A stretch of 64,000 nucleotides of DNA, taken from NCBI GenBank assembly GCA_963796965.1, contig CAWCNS010000005.1, positions 704,001 to 768,000 of the forward strand. The letters are read 5' to 3'. The notes beneath the pieces are model-generated. The model was not told the DNA's origin. It was given only the letters and a program-made list of their open reading frames with translations, and did no database searches. The first letter of the stretch is position 1. Every line of letters starts with the position of its first letter. This stretch comes from Calditrichia bacterium (GTDB taxonomy: Bacteria > Calditrichota > Calditrichia > JAJRVZ01). Shown here piece after piece: positions 1 to 10,818 of this stretch. The position numbers and the translations under genes were made by a program.

Positions 1-3000
1 CGGTACCACATTCCCCCTGAGTAGTCTTTCAAGACACCCATTTTAGACCAGTCACCGCTGGGAAGCAAGCCTTTGGTACAGGTCAGGGTAATTGGTTCCG
101 GAAATGTTGCACCGTTATAGTATCCTGGCCTGTGAACCACACGAATGGCAACGGTACTGAAATGGGATACAACCGTTTTGAGATCAATAGTATATTCTAT
201 GCTATTGTCTTTATGATCTCGCCCTCTCGTTATTGCCATTTCTGTACCGTTAACCCAGATCGTCACCTCACCATGGGCTGCGAACGATATCGTCTTCAAA
301 CCCGGAGGTGCCGTAAATCTGTAACAACCGCTTGTCAACTTGCCTCCGAGATAATCGTATCGGACCAATCCAGGATATGTATACCATTTCATTGCCAATG
401 GCTGGGGAGTCCCTTCCCTGAATCCATCTTCAACAAAAGCAATTGCCGCCCGGGCACGTTGATCAATACGATGTGGACCCTCTGGTTCTTTCGTTCCGGT
501 GATATTTCTGTAGGAGATAAGAACCTTGTGCCTTCCTGCCAAAAGGCGGATTGTATCGTTCTCTAGTTTGATACCATCAATCCACATTCCTGATGGGTTC
601 ATACCACTTTTCACCACCTTTACCATCATGGTTTTTGTAATATGCACAAACGATCCAAATATGTAATGACCACCCTCCCCCATAATCATGAAGTTGTTAT
701 CGAGTTTTCCTTTAAGGCCATGGTAGCCCTGTGATCCCGGCTGATTCTCCACCCCCCAGCGCCATGAGAAATTATAAGGTGACCAGGAAAATATTCGGTC
801 AGCGATCTCAATATCAACGAAATCTTCACGAATGCCGATGGCGGCCCTTTCTATTGCCTCAATCTCCTCGCTGACAGGAATATGCATCATCCACATTTGC
901 GGGCCGAAACCACAGGTCACTTCCGGCCATTTGCTGTCATCAAAGTCTTTATCTTGCCAGCCGTCAGGGGCCCTATCTTCGAAAACAAAGCGCAATTGCC
1001 GCGCTTCTGGCCCTATTAAAGTATTTGTTGCCGGCAGGCGGAAATCACCCCAACGGTTGTCCATTGTTGGAACAATCTCACATGCCCACTCACCCGTGAT
1101 GGGGGTAATTTGCCTTTCCATTTTTTTTGTGTCATCAGAGGCTGGTTGTTCTAAATCCGGCTCACCCGGCGAAAAAACAATCAGACATGATTTTGGCGGC
1201 GCAACAGGAATTCGAAGAACGGTACCCTCTTCGGTTGTTCTTATAATTGGAAGGGATTGTATCTCACCTGTCCATGCATCCCATAGTTCAACCTTTCCTT
1301 TACTACGGAAGAAGCACTCCATCCCTTTGACCATATCCATAACCATATAAATATCACGTTTGCCGATTCGCCGATGCAAAACATGGCCCAGACCTTTCAA
1401 AGGTATGAAATCGCATGTTATCTCATTCTTGATCATTTCGGCAATATGACCTGGAGTCTCATCCCTGATAAATGTCCCCATACCTCCTTCACCGCTGTGT
1501 TGAGGTTTGGGCGATTGCCCCGCCAATGCTTGCGCTGCTGTGAGGCCGAAAATTTCTTTCACGATGTCATCAACTTCAGGATCATTTTCACCCAGGCGAT
1601 CAGTGGCCTCCGGCACTGCACCCGTGGCGACAACTAACCCCCCGTTGCGAAACAGCCCCCGCGCTTTACTAAGGGAGGTAAAACGCATCGCTTTCATGTT
1701 GCCCAGAATAAGGACCCGATAGCTTTCCCCGGCAATATGAAGTTTTCCATCTTTAACTTTTGACTGTGCAAGCGAGGCATAATCAATAAAATCAAAATCA
1801 ATACCAGCATCATAAAGTTGTTGGGCAATTGCAAAAGCGCTGTCAGGCCTGGCTCCGGAATAGGCCTGCATAGAAGTAGTCGGGTAGAGGACAGCCACAT
1901 CGCAGACGTGGTGTCCCTGGCTTAGTAGATAGCTTAGGCGCTTGATATATTTGAACCACCCTGTAATGTGTGGCCAATAGGGCATGCGAAAATGAAAGTC
2001 AGGCGGCGCCCACTCCCACCACCCCCCATAAGTGCTGTAATAGAGTCCGTGCAGGCAGAGCAGATTACCACCCAGTTGATAATGAATATCGGTTGCCTTC
2101 GTGATAAGCTCCGGGCGCGCGTCCCAGCCCATGCTATGAAAGGCCTCGAGCCAAACACGCGGACGATGATACAAGTGGGAAATCGAACTGGACACTTTGG
2201 TCTGTATCAGGGCAGTGCCCCCCTGAGGCGCATCATTGCCTGGGGCGGTGAACCAGCGCGTCACACGGAAATAATCACCATAGGATGTTGGTTCTAAACC
2301 GCGTCCATAATTGTCACAACCAAAGATAAGACCGCGTTTTGTATGCCACTCAAAAATAGGACGAAAATAACGCTCTTCTGCCAGGGTAACCACTACATCC
2401 ATATGGTCAATCCGGATCTTGGGTGTTTTAGGCCCAATATCATGATGTAAAGCGGCCAGATAAGGGCGAATATCATAGCCTTTCCGCTTCTCAAATTGTT
2501 CAGCAAAATCTTCTGACCAAGTATCTACCCCCAGGTCAACAACTAATTCATCCTGAAAGAAATAGTTAAGTCCTTTTCTGTTTTCCGGATCAACATGGTT
2601 CTCGAACTTCTGAAAAAATCGTTTTATCACTTCTGCCCCATGGTGTGGATGGAGCATAAAGGATCCCGTCGTTGAGACCTTGATGATCTGCCAATCCCCG
2701 TTATCCGGAACTGTCCATACGATGTGACTGTCCTTTCCAGCCAGATTGAGCAGATCAACCATGCTTTCGCCATCCAGGCCATTTTCTCTTTGCCGATAGG
2801 CTGACAATGAAACTATCTTACCATCAATCTTATGCTTCCAGGTCTGTCCCTTTTTCACAGGGACTGGTTTATCGAATCTGAGTTTACCTCGGTAGCGGCG
2901 CATTTCCGGCAAAGCAGCAATATCGTCAGGCCACTGTTTATTCCCTGGTGTGCAGAAGGTGTAATCGTCCAGCCCAACACCCATATTTCGTTTTGCACAT

Positions 3001-3462
3001 TCTCCGGCATACCAATTAAAAAGAGACCACCAGTCGTCAGAAAAAAAAGGCGGATCGCTGGGATAGGTCATACCATATTCACCATACCCATTTTCATTAA
3101 GGTCAGGATCGCTATCTGGATGCGAATGCGCATCAGCTAATGCTCAGCCCTTCGATACCGGCCTGGTGAACTTTATCCAACTGCCAGAGGAGGCGTTCCC
3201 TGGTCAGATTTTCACCAACCCACCAGTAAAAAGGGACGGGACCGTAGCCATTGGGGACATTTTTAAATCCAGGTAGAACATCAAAATCCGGTGAGCGGTC
3301 CGGGTAACCGGGGGTATTCTGTGGCAACTCTGAAAGATTATCCTTCATTACATAGGTTCCTTCATGATATGGTACTTCTTGCGCAAGGACTGTGCTTACA
3401 TGAGAATAACAAGACACGAGAAAGAGTATGGTCAGGATCTTAAGCCCACAACGGGTCATCAC
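1..3462 (-). CDS. Large secreted glycoside hydrolase, GH106/alpha-L-rhamnosidase-like; one frameshift near 3135; runs off the window start
   Basis: ORF 3133..3462 has a signal peptide and PVPFYWWVG...LLWQLD. Removing one G in AGCTGATGCG (minus strand) gives ...SISYAHSHPD...PPFFSDDWWSLF...LDDYT. Downstream I read FFQDEL...FEKRKGYDIRPYL and, near base 1, GDWSKMG...YSGGMWY. Confidence 0.7.
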
Positions 3463-3640
3463 AATGACTCACCTCTGATTGATTGATTATAAGTCGATTG
3501 GATATAAGAGAATTATACACAATCCACTTTGCATTTTATACTCCCGATAATTATATACAGAACAATCATGTTTCAAATATCAATTGACGTTGTCCTACTC
3601 TGGCTCTTCCCGAAAACGAGTGATTTGGTAGTCTTTCTTC

Positions 3641-4689
3641 TCATGAATAATAGGTTGCGTATTTCTCCATCGCATTCATTAACGCTTCGACATTCTCGAG
3701 AGGAACAGTCGGATATAAACCATAGATCATCATCAACCCACCTTTCTTGCTACCCAACTTTTCTACTTCTTCTCTGATAAGATCGTCAATTTGTTGCGGC
3801 GTACCCTGTGCTGTAACGGACTGTCTGTCAATATCCAGGTCAATGCATGTGCGACCGGCAAACTTGTCAGCAATCCAATCTATGCCGTTAACCAAATCTT
3901 GTAGATTGATGACCTCTACACCCCCCTCGATCAGATCGTCCACAAGGACCCTAATGTCACCGTCCGAGTGCATATGAACGATACAGCCCTGGTCGCGTGC
4001 AGGCTTCATGAGTCGCTCATATACCGGTTTGATATGCTTACGAAGCTATCCGGTGAAAGCATGGGTCCAATTTGCATCCCCAGATCTTCGGGATAGCTCA
4101 TCATATCGGGCTCTAGTTCCAGCCATTTCATTACATACTGGTAATTGAATTTTTCCACCATCTCTATAAGAAGTACCAGGTTGGGTTCATCATATAGCAT
4201 ATCAAAGATCAGATTTTCATATCCACGAATGTCCTGCAACCTGAGAAAAGTGTGTCCATGGGGTAATCCGCCGCAGACCAGTTCACCCTTATGTCTCTGT
4301 TGATCTACACGATCACGGATTATCTTCCAGTCAAGAGGATAAGTTCCATCGGTCTGTTCCGGATCGGGAGGTACGTACCCTTTGAACTTATCCCAGTTCT
4401 CCAAAGGATGTTGATGGACCGCACCCGTAATCCCATCATCCGTTGTTTGCCATACACATCCCCATGGATCCGTATAGGGTTGATCTTTCCTTTCAGTTAA
4501 CCCATAGTTTGGGATAATGGTGGCTTGTCTCTGAAAATCAGGGAAAAGAAAGGTATGTGCTTCCATCTGATCCTGTAAAGCCTGTTGATCATAATGATGC
4601 CAACAGGCAGGATTGATATGAAAAGCCATGGGAATATAGTCCGGTTCTTCAAACCGAATCGCCCGGAGTATGTTTTCTCGTTTTGTCAT
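3641..4689 (-). CDS. Uroporphyrinogen decarboxylase (UroD/MtaA-like) family protein, frameshifted near 4042
   Basis: ORFs 4006..4689 and 3641..4009 join by adding one T (SPDSFRKHIKPVYERLMKP). Motifs: TDPWGCVW, RGYENL, EDLG-Q-GPMLSP, HSDG, DIDRQ...GTP. Confidence 0.8.
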
Positions 4690-4697
4690 TTTACCTT

Positions 4698-5399
4698 TTA
4701 CTCTTTTGCCCCATTGACCTTCAAGATTTTTATAATTTCATCATTCTTATCCTTTATGGCCAAACTCAAAGCCGTTGTACCATCTTTTGCTTTAAGATGT
4801 ACATCTGCTTTTTTAGAAAGCAAATATTTCACTAAATCCAATTTACCATTACTGGAAGCAAACATGAGAGCCGTCCATCCGGTAGCATCGGATCCGGTAA
4901 GTTGCGCATTCTTATCGGCGCCTTTTGCAAGAAGGAGATCACAAACTTCTGTGGTTACAGAGCCTGAAAAAATTCCAAATATAGATTGAATAAATGCAGT
5001 CATACCATCTACACCTTTTAAATTAACCTTCGCACCCTTTTCTAATAATAATACCACAGATTTTTTTGAATTCGCCGCAGCCCACATGAGAGCCGTTCGA
5101 CCATCATAAGATCCTTGTATATTAATATCAGCCCCTTTTGATATTAATAATTCGACGATCTCATAGGTTCCTTCTAAACTACAGGCTACAATTAGAGGTG
5201 TGCTTCCCATAGTTTTTTCACGGATATTGACATCTACACCTTTTGCGAGTAATTCTTCGACACCCTTAATATCCTTCTTATAAATTCTTGTTGCAAACTC
5301 ATTAAAATCGTCATCAGCAAATAATAAATGCTGGGAAAAAAGAAGAAATACCATCATACTTAAGAATAGAGCATTACATCTCAAATTAACCATTTTCAA
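4698..5399 (-). CDS. Secreted ankyrin-repeat protein
   Basis: N-terminal signal-like segment; repeated GxTPLxxA/GxTALMxA and LLxKGADxN motifs. Confidence 0.92.
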   Translation of the reverse strand: MKMVNLRCNALFLSMMVFLLFSQHLLFADDDFNEFATRIYKKDIKGVEELLAKGVDVNIREKTMGSTPLIVACSLEGTYEIVELLISKGADINIQGSYDGRTALMWAAANSKKSVVLLLEKGAKVNLKGVDGMTAFIQSIFGIFSGSVTTEVCDLLLAKGADKNAQLTGSDATGWTALMFASSNGKLDLVKYLLSKKADVHLKAKDGTTALSLAIKDKNDEIIKILKVNGAKE

Positions 5400-5559
5400 T
5401 TCTCCTTAATTTGTCAGTTGACTTTAACAGGTTGTGTATTTCCTGGACCAGCTCTCCCACCAAAGCAAAGGGAAGTTCCACTGTATATGGATGCCGGAAT
5501 GCCCGGGCATATACAAAGGTCCCATCAGGCGCGCTCCCGATTTCGTAGAGTTTTTCCAT
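5386..5559 (-). CDS. Small hypothetical protein or remnant
   Basis: Fills the gap between the TPM and ankyrin genes; GGAGG lies upstream of the ATG at 5559; no recognisable motif. Confidence 0.35.
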   Translation of the reverse strand: MEKLYEIGSAPDGTFVYARAFRHPYTVELPFALVGELVQEIHNLLKSTDKLRRIENG

Positions 5560-5583
5560 TAAATCCTCCAATTAACACCCTTC

Positions 5584-6534
5584 CTACCAGCTTCCGGAAG
5601 CACCACCACCGCCCGATGAGCCGCCACCCCCAGAAAAACTGGAGCCGCCGCCGGAACTCCAGGAGCCGCCGGAACTGCCTGAAGACAGTCTGAAACCGCC
5701 AATAGAAGCACTTCCCTTGGTGCGCAGATCTGTTTTGGCCTTCTTATACCAATCGGTATTTTTAAGTGACAGTTTTGCAACCGGGAAGGCAATTATATAC
5801 GTGATAAGACAGATTAAAGCACCTCCGGTACCCAATACCATGATCGGGAACGTGGCCCAGAAGGGAATAAGAAAAAAGTAAAGAAACCAGCCAACGCCAG
5901 GGGTCAAAACACCAATCACGGTAAAGAGTCCGATAATGCCGAAAATAAACGCTCCCATCAGAATGCGCTCCGTAATCGATAGGTCAGGTCCTTCAAAGTC
6001 CAGATCGAATGTATCTGCAGATTCACTTGTTTCACCTGCCAGGTCCGTCAGTTCACCACCCTCCAGCACATCTATCACGGCTCTGACACCTTCGGTAATG
6101 CCGCCCTCATAATCTCCCTCCTTAAACCTGGGCGTCATGGCATACTGGATGATTCGACCGGCCATCGCGTCCGTGAGTGTTGCTTCAAGTCCGTATCCCA
6201 CTTCGATACGCATACGCCGGTCATTGGGAATGACCACAATTAGAACGCCGTTGTCCCCTTCTTTGGTACCGAGCTGCCACGCCTCAAAAACTTCGACGGC
6301 GTAGTCTTCAATATTCTCCCCATTAATCGTGGGAACAGTGAGAACTGCGATCTGGTTGCTTGTCCGGTCCTCATGCTGCTTCAGACTATCCGTGAGCGAT
6401 TGATGCGATGTCTCGGAGAGAAGTTCGGCGTTATCGGTCACCCGACCGGTCAAATAGGGAATATCAGCAGCTGGAAGCAAAGAATCCGTCAGAAATAGTA
6501 CCAGCAGCAACAAGAATGTCGGTATTGTTTTCAT
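5584..6534 (-). CDS. TPM-domain (YgcG-like) membrane protein with Gly/Ser-rich tail
   Basis: GRVTDNAELLS, QIAVLTVPT, DNGVL, RIEVGYGLE; C-terminal FSGGGGSSGGGGASGSW. Confidence 0.93.
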   Translation of the reverse strand: MKTIPTFLLLLVLFLTDSLLPAADIPYLTGRVTDNAELLSETSHQSLTDSLKQHEDRTSNQIAVLTVPTINGENIEDYAVEVFEAWQLGTKEGDNGVLIVVIPNDRRMRIEVGYGLEATLTDAMAGRIIQYAMTPRFKEGDYEGGITEGVRAVIDVLEGGELTDLAGETSESADTFDLDFEGPDLSITERILMGAFIFGIIGLFTVIGVLTPGVGWFLYFFLIPFWATFPIMVLGTGGALICLITYIIAFPVAKLSLKNTDWYKKAKTDLRTKGSASIGGFRLSSGSSGGSWSSGGGSSFSGGGGSSGGGGASGSW

Positions 6535-7178
6535 ACACCCTTCTCCTCGATGATCTCATCGGATAATTCATTTTCGCTTATACCCGTTACATCTGTTCCA
6601 GGTGAGCGAACGAGTTCTTCCAGCCCGGCTTCATAAGCCTCTCTCACCTCACCCCGTTTGAGAAATACGGTCATTGCCGCGATGATGCTTTGCATGACTT
6701 TCTCTCGCAATTGATCCTGTAAGCCCTTGTCAGGCAGAATAACGACTTTCCGCTCGAAGAGACTGACCAGAATTAGGATCCCTGTCCGTTTGTTGGTAGC
6801 AAATAACTCCCGGGATAAAAACATAGATTCCGCATATTGTCGCACTTCTACTTCAGCACGAGAAGCGGATAGAAATCGTCTGGCAAATCCGGGCACCAGC
6901 ACGGTCAAAAGCGCGAGAACCGCACCACCAGCCAGAACTCCCCCTACGGCCATAAGCACCGTAACCCCCGAATACCAGCCGTAAGATAGTAAATCAAAAA
7001 TGAAGACCAACAAGCCAGTAATGGACGCCCCTAGTGCAAAAGCTTTCCAGGGTAGTTCCGCATAGATGTCGCTGCGTTGGATGAGCGCCAGGACGATCTG
7101 TGTTTTCGTCTGTTTTTCCACTTCGGCTATACGTGTGTCTAGCCAGGAACGATCATGATCTGATAAGATCTGTTTCAT
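6531..7178 (-). CDS. TPM-domain membrane protein (partner type)
   Basis: IAEVEKQT, RTGILILVSLFERKVVILPDKG, C-terminal NELSD; 4-bp overlap with the next gene. Confidence 0.88.
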   Translation of the reverse strand: MKQILSDHDRSWLDTRIAEVEKQTKTQIVLALIQRSDIYAELPWKAFALGASITGLLVFIFDLLSYGWYSGVTVLMAVGGVLAGGAVLALLTVLVPGFARRFLSASRAEVEVRQYAESMFLSRELFATNKRTGILILVSLFERKVVILPDKGLQDQLREKVMQSIIAAMTVFLKRGEVREAYEAGLEELVRSPGTDVTGISENELSDEIIEEKGV

Positions 7179-7201
7179 TTTAATATGTCCTCTTTCTAAA
7201 G

Positions 7202-8092
7202 TTATAATACCGAAGCCTGGCTTATAAAAATTACACCTATCGTAATAATTATGGCGGCAATGATACGCAAAACTGGAGCGGGTTCGCGCAAAATAATTAC
7301 GGCTGCAACCACACCAATAACAATACTAAATTGACGCAAGCCTGCCAGGTAACTGACATAAGAACTAACCTGGTAAGCCCATAACATAAGCCAATACGAG
7401 CAAAAAACCAATAGGGCAAAAATTGTTGCCCATCTCCAATCTGCTAATTTTGAATCTTTATAGATCGATATGGGTTCATTTATAAGTTTAAAAACCAAAT
7501 ATAAAAATGGAATAGTGAAGATAGCCTCCCAGGTACCGTAACGTGCAGCCATATCAGCACTTTGGGGCAACAATTCGGCTGCCATCTTATCGGTAACAGA
7601 ATACCCTGTGACACCAAAGGTAATAACTAATATCCAAATGGTTGTGCGATTCCAGTACATAGATAAAGTAATTTTGCGGAGAGATTCCAGCGGCGCCAGG
7701 ATACAGCCCGTAACCACCATAAAAATTCCAAACCATCCGGAAATAGAGAGGGTATGGCCTCTAAATATATCAAAAAGCGCTAAAATTACAATAGGTAATG
7801 AGCGTGCAACCGGATATACCAAACTAAAGTTACCACTGCGATAGCCACTTGTCAGCCCCAGGAAATATATAGCCTGGAACAAACCGCTTAAAACAAGCAT
7901 TCCCCAAATCGTGGCAGGAAATGGAATCCCTTGCCATTCTGCTATTAGAGCAGGCAAAACACCAATCAAACCGGTAGTTAAATGTAACCGAAAGAATAAA
8001 TTACCATCAACCCGCCGGGAATGCGCCAATAAATTCCAGCTTGCATGAACAGTTGCTGAGAGTAAAACTAATAGAACTGCCAACCACGTCAT
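7202..8092 (-). CDS. EamA/DMT-family transporter
   Basis: About 10 hydrophobic helices; HASWNLLA, SLVYPVARS, LRQFSIV motifs. Confidence 0.9.
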   Translation of the reverse strand: MTWLAVLLVLLSATVHASWNLLAHSRRVDGNLFFRLHLTTGLIGVLPALIAEWQGIPFPATIWGMLVLSGLFQAIYFLGLTSGYRSGNFSLVYPVARSLPIVILALFDIFRGHTLSISGWFGIFMVVTGCILAPLESLRKITLSMYWNRTTIWILVITFGVTGYSVTDKMAAELLPQSADMAARYGTWEAIFTIPFLYLVFKLINEPISIYKDSKLADWRWATIFALLVFCSYWLMLWAYQVSSYVSYLAGLRQFSIVIGVVAAVIILREPAPVLRIIAAIIITIGVIFISQASVL

Positions 8093-8204
8093 TAAAATAG
8101 TTCCTGTAAGCCGTTTTTGTTTATTTTATCAAGGCATCCGGATAAAATTGGATTTCCAGATGTTTTTGCTGAAATACGAACTGCCTATCAAATTAAAAAA
8201 TCTA

Positions 8205-10706
8205 TCAAAACAGAACAAATCCCATGGACGTCAACAGATAAACAGTGCAGAGTCCTATAAGTATTAGCCACCCCCATCGTTTAGAATTGATTTCTTGGCG
8301 CTTAAAATGGACCCAAATACGGCGCAACAAGATCATGGTGAATGTCGCTGATAGAAAAATAACCGCAAGCTGAAGGATTATTAGAACTGTGATCTCTGTA
8401 ATGGGAAGGTAAGAACTCCAAAAAGATCCTTCAATGACCTGGATCTGTAATGCCGCAATTACTGGAACTTCTTGCAGATGATAGGCCATTAACGGCCCCC
8501 AAGCCAGAATGAACAGTGAAAGTGCCACACGCGAAACTATAGCAGGATCATGAAAATTCTCAGGTGAGAGGAGTCTCGGCAATATAACATACAAAGCAAT
8601 GCCAATAACAACAGCCAGGACTGCTGCCGCTGTGAACCCATAGGGAGTAGCCATCCAAACTGTACTACGGGCACCCAGTAAAACCACGGCCAGAGCAAAT
8701 CCAACGAGCGCTAAGGGAGTGAGAGTCGGACTTAGGTCACCCTGGTGCCAAATGCTCTGAATAGGTGCCCGGAGGTAAAGATTAGCCGATCCATGAGGGC
8801 AACTACGCAGACATGAGAAACACATCTTGCAGAAATGACCATCGCGGGTGTAGAGCGGATGATGGAAAACGGGGCATCCAGGAGAGGACGATGTTCCTTT
8901 AAAGCATTCATGGGTATTGCACTGTGTAGCGCATACACTCGGATTAGCACGTACATATACCATGGCGGAAACAGCATATGTAGCACCCAAATTACCCAAT
9001 GGGCAGAGGTATCGGCACCAGGTTTCCCGTTTGTAGAGCACGGAAAAAACCATTGCAGCTGCCATGAGCGCCAGAAGAAGGATACTTGTTCCAAATGGAT
9101 ATTCAGTCATATGAAACATATGCTCGCTCCAGATAACCAGAAAGAACAGTGCAACAATCAACCATCCGGTATGGCGCATGAGCCACTGAGGTGGATTCAT
9201 ATTCAGGGATCCGATTCGTTGCGCTATACGCCCGGCAAACGAAAGTGGACATACCGTACACCACACGCGTCCTATAAACAGGAATACGAATATCAAAGCA
9301 GGCTCCCATAACCCCCAGATCATGCTGTTGGCGATACGACCTGGAAGGCTATTGCCAGTGGTAAGACCGATCAGAACCGTCGAGAAAAAAACAACAAATA
9401 TTACAGATTGCAATACGACAACTGGAGTCTCGCTGCGCCACAACCACTGTACGAGTTTAATCTGCGAGAGATTAAAATCAAACGGGGTTCCCTCACTCTT
9501 GGGACCTGTGAAGATATGCTCCGCTACAATTTCCGAACCATCAGCAAAAAGCGCTGCATACTCAACTGCTTCACGAAGTTCCTCCACATTATGGTGCCGG
9601 TATTGTCCTGAAAGTAGTGTATGTTCGGCAGACCTGCTCAACCGGTATGCACCATCATTGAGTCGCTGGTTTCGTTCAGTCAGGAAGAGCCTCGCCAATG
9701 GCAGGATGTCACGTTTGCGTTTGAGCATGTTTGGCATTTTCAGAACATTCTTAGCCAGTTGCTCCGCAAGCCTCGGCAGGAAACCACCGGTTTGAGCAAG
9801 GGATTCAATATCTTCGCTTGTAGTGGCGATCAAATTAATTTGGGTAAGAACCTGTTTGTTCACTGATTCATCCAGATACTGGGAAAGAATCCTCTGGAAC
9901 GTCAGGTTTAGAGCCTCGATATGCATCAGGATAAGCGTCCCCTGATCCGCCAGATGAAGCGCACCAAAGCCCTCTCTTTTGTCCTCAAATCCTTCAAGAT
10001 CTGTGGAACCAAAAAGGAGTCTGCTTGCTTCGTGATCTTCAACCCGCAAACAGTCCACAACGATAAGTGGCGCGTAAGCGTTTCCAAAGCGCTCATGGAT
10101 CTTTTTGGCCATATAAACCTGACCGGCACCTGGTTCACCCGTAATAAGAATTGGGCCAGATTTCGGTAAAATCCTGGCAATTTGATCATGCAGATTACGC
10201 ATCGAAGGAGACTCTGCAATGATCGGTCCAGATGAAGATTCCATCTGCATAAGCGTGCTGAACACTGTGATTTTCTGCTCTAATAAGACGTTTTTTTCCT
10301 GGAGTTGCTCTTGAAATTTTACCGTGGTCATATGGGCGTTCACACGGGCTAAAACCTCTTCATGTTGCAGCGGTTTCGTAAGATAATCAATGGCGCCTAC
10401 TTCAAAACCTTTGACCTTATCCACCGTATCTGTAAGGGCTGTCATGAAAATTACCGGAATATCCTCTGTGGCCTTGCTCTTCTTTAGACGTCGACAAGTT
10501 TCGAAGCCATCAATACCAGGCATAAGCACATCTAATAGAATCATATCCGGAACGACGCGCTCAAGATGCTCAAAGGCTTCTTCGCCACTTTGTGCTACCA
10601 TAAGATCAAAACCACCGTCTTCTAAATAATTGATTAGAACCTTCAGATTCTCAATTTTATCATCAACGGCTAGTATAGTCCGGTTTTTTGATGGTTCTGA
10701 ATTCAT
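8205..10706 (-). CDS. Receiver domain + degenerate sigma54-type AAA+ domain + NapH/MauN-like 4Fe-4S membrane domain
   Basis: REC (VDD, LLDVLMPG, KP); Walker A GEPGAGQ; no GAFTGA; GRVWCTVCP, WCRYLCPLG, CKMCFSCLRSCP; many TM helices; no HTH. Confidence 0.85.
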   Translation of the reverse strand: MNSEPSKNRTILAVDDKIENLKVLINYLEDGGFDLMVAQSGEEAFEHLERVVPDMILLDVLMPGIDGFETCRRLKKSKATEDIPVIFMTALTDTVDKVKGFEVGAIDYLTKPLQHEEVLARVNAHMTTVKFQEQLQEKNVLLEQKITVFSTLMQMESSSGPIIAESPSMRNLHDQIARILPKSGPILITGEPGAGQVYMAKKIHERFGNAYAPLIVVDCLRVEDHEASRLLFGSTDLEGFEDKREGFGALHLADQGTLILMHIEALNLTFQRILSQYLDESVNKQVLTQINLIATTSEDIESLAQTGGFLPRLAEQLAKNVLKMPNMLKRKRDILPLARLFLTERNQRLNDGAYRLSRSAEHTLLSGQYRHHNVEELREAVEYAALFADGSEIVAEHIFTGPKSEGTPFDFNLSQIKLVQWLWRSETPVVVLQSVIFVVFFSTVLIGLTTGNSLPGRIANSMIWGLWEPALIFVFLFIGRVWCTVCPLSFAGRIAQRIGSLNMNPPQWLMRHTGWLIVALFFLVIWSEHMFHMTEYPFGTSILLLALMAAAMVFSVLYKRETWCRYLCPLGNLGATYAVSAMVYVRANPSVCATQCNTHECFKGTSSSPGCPVFHHPLYTRDGHFCKMCFSCLRSCPHGSANLYLRAPIQSIWHQGDLSPTLTPLALVGFALAVVLLGARSTVWMATPYGFTAAAVLAVVIGIALYVILPRLLSPENFHDPAIVSRVALSLFILAWGPLMAYHLQEVPVIAALQIQVIEGSFWSSYLPITEITVLIILQLAVIFLSATFTMILLRRIWVHFKRQEINSKRWGWLILIGLCTVYLLTSMGFVLF

Positions 10707-10818
10707 AACTTTTCCTGTTGCGGATTAAGTTAATTACTTCGATGATATGTTTGAATTGGAAACGCTTGATGAGTTTTTATTTTTGGAAATATTCCCTTCC
10801 AGGCAAAGTCTATATTTA

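Noticed and set aside
132..3140. Plus-strand ORFs here and throughout the window
   Set aside because: Antisense shadows of motif-bearing minus-strand genes; no recognisable domains.
3641..4689. Calling this hemE
   Set aside because: Lacks the RQAGR motif; belongs to the broader UroD/MtaA-like family.
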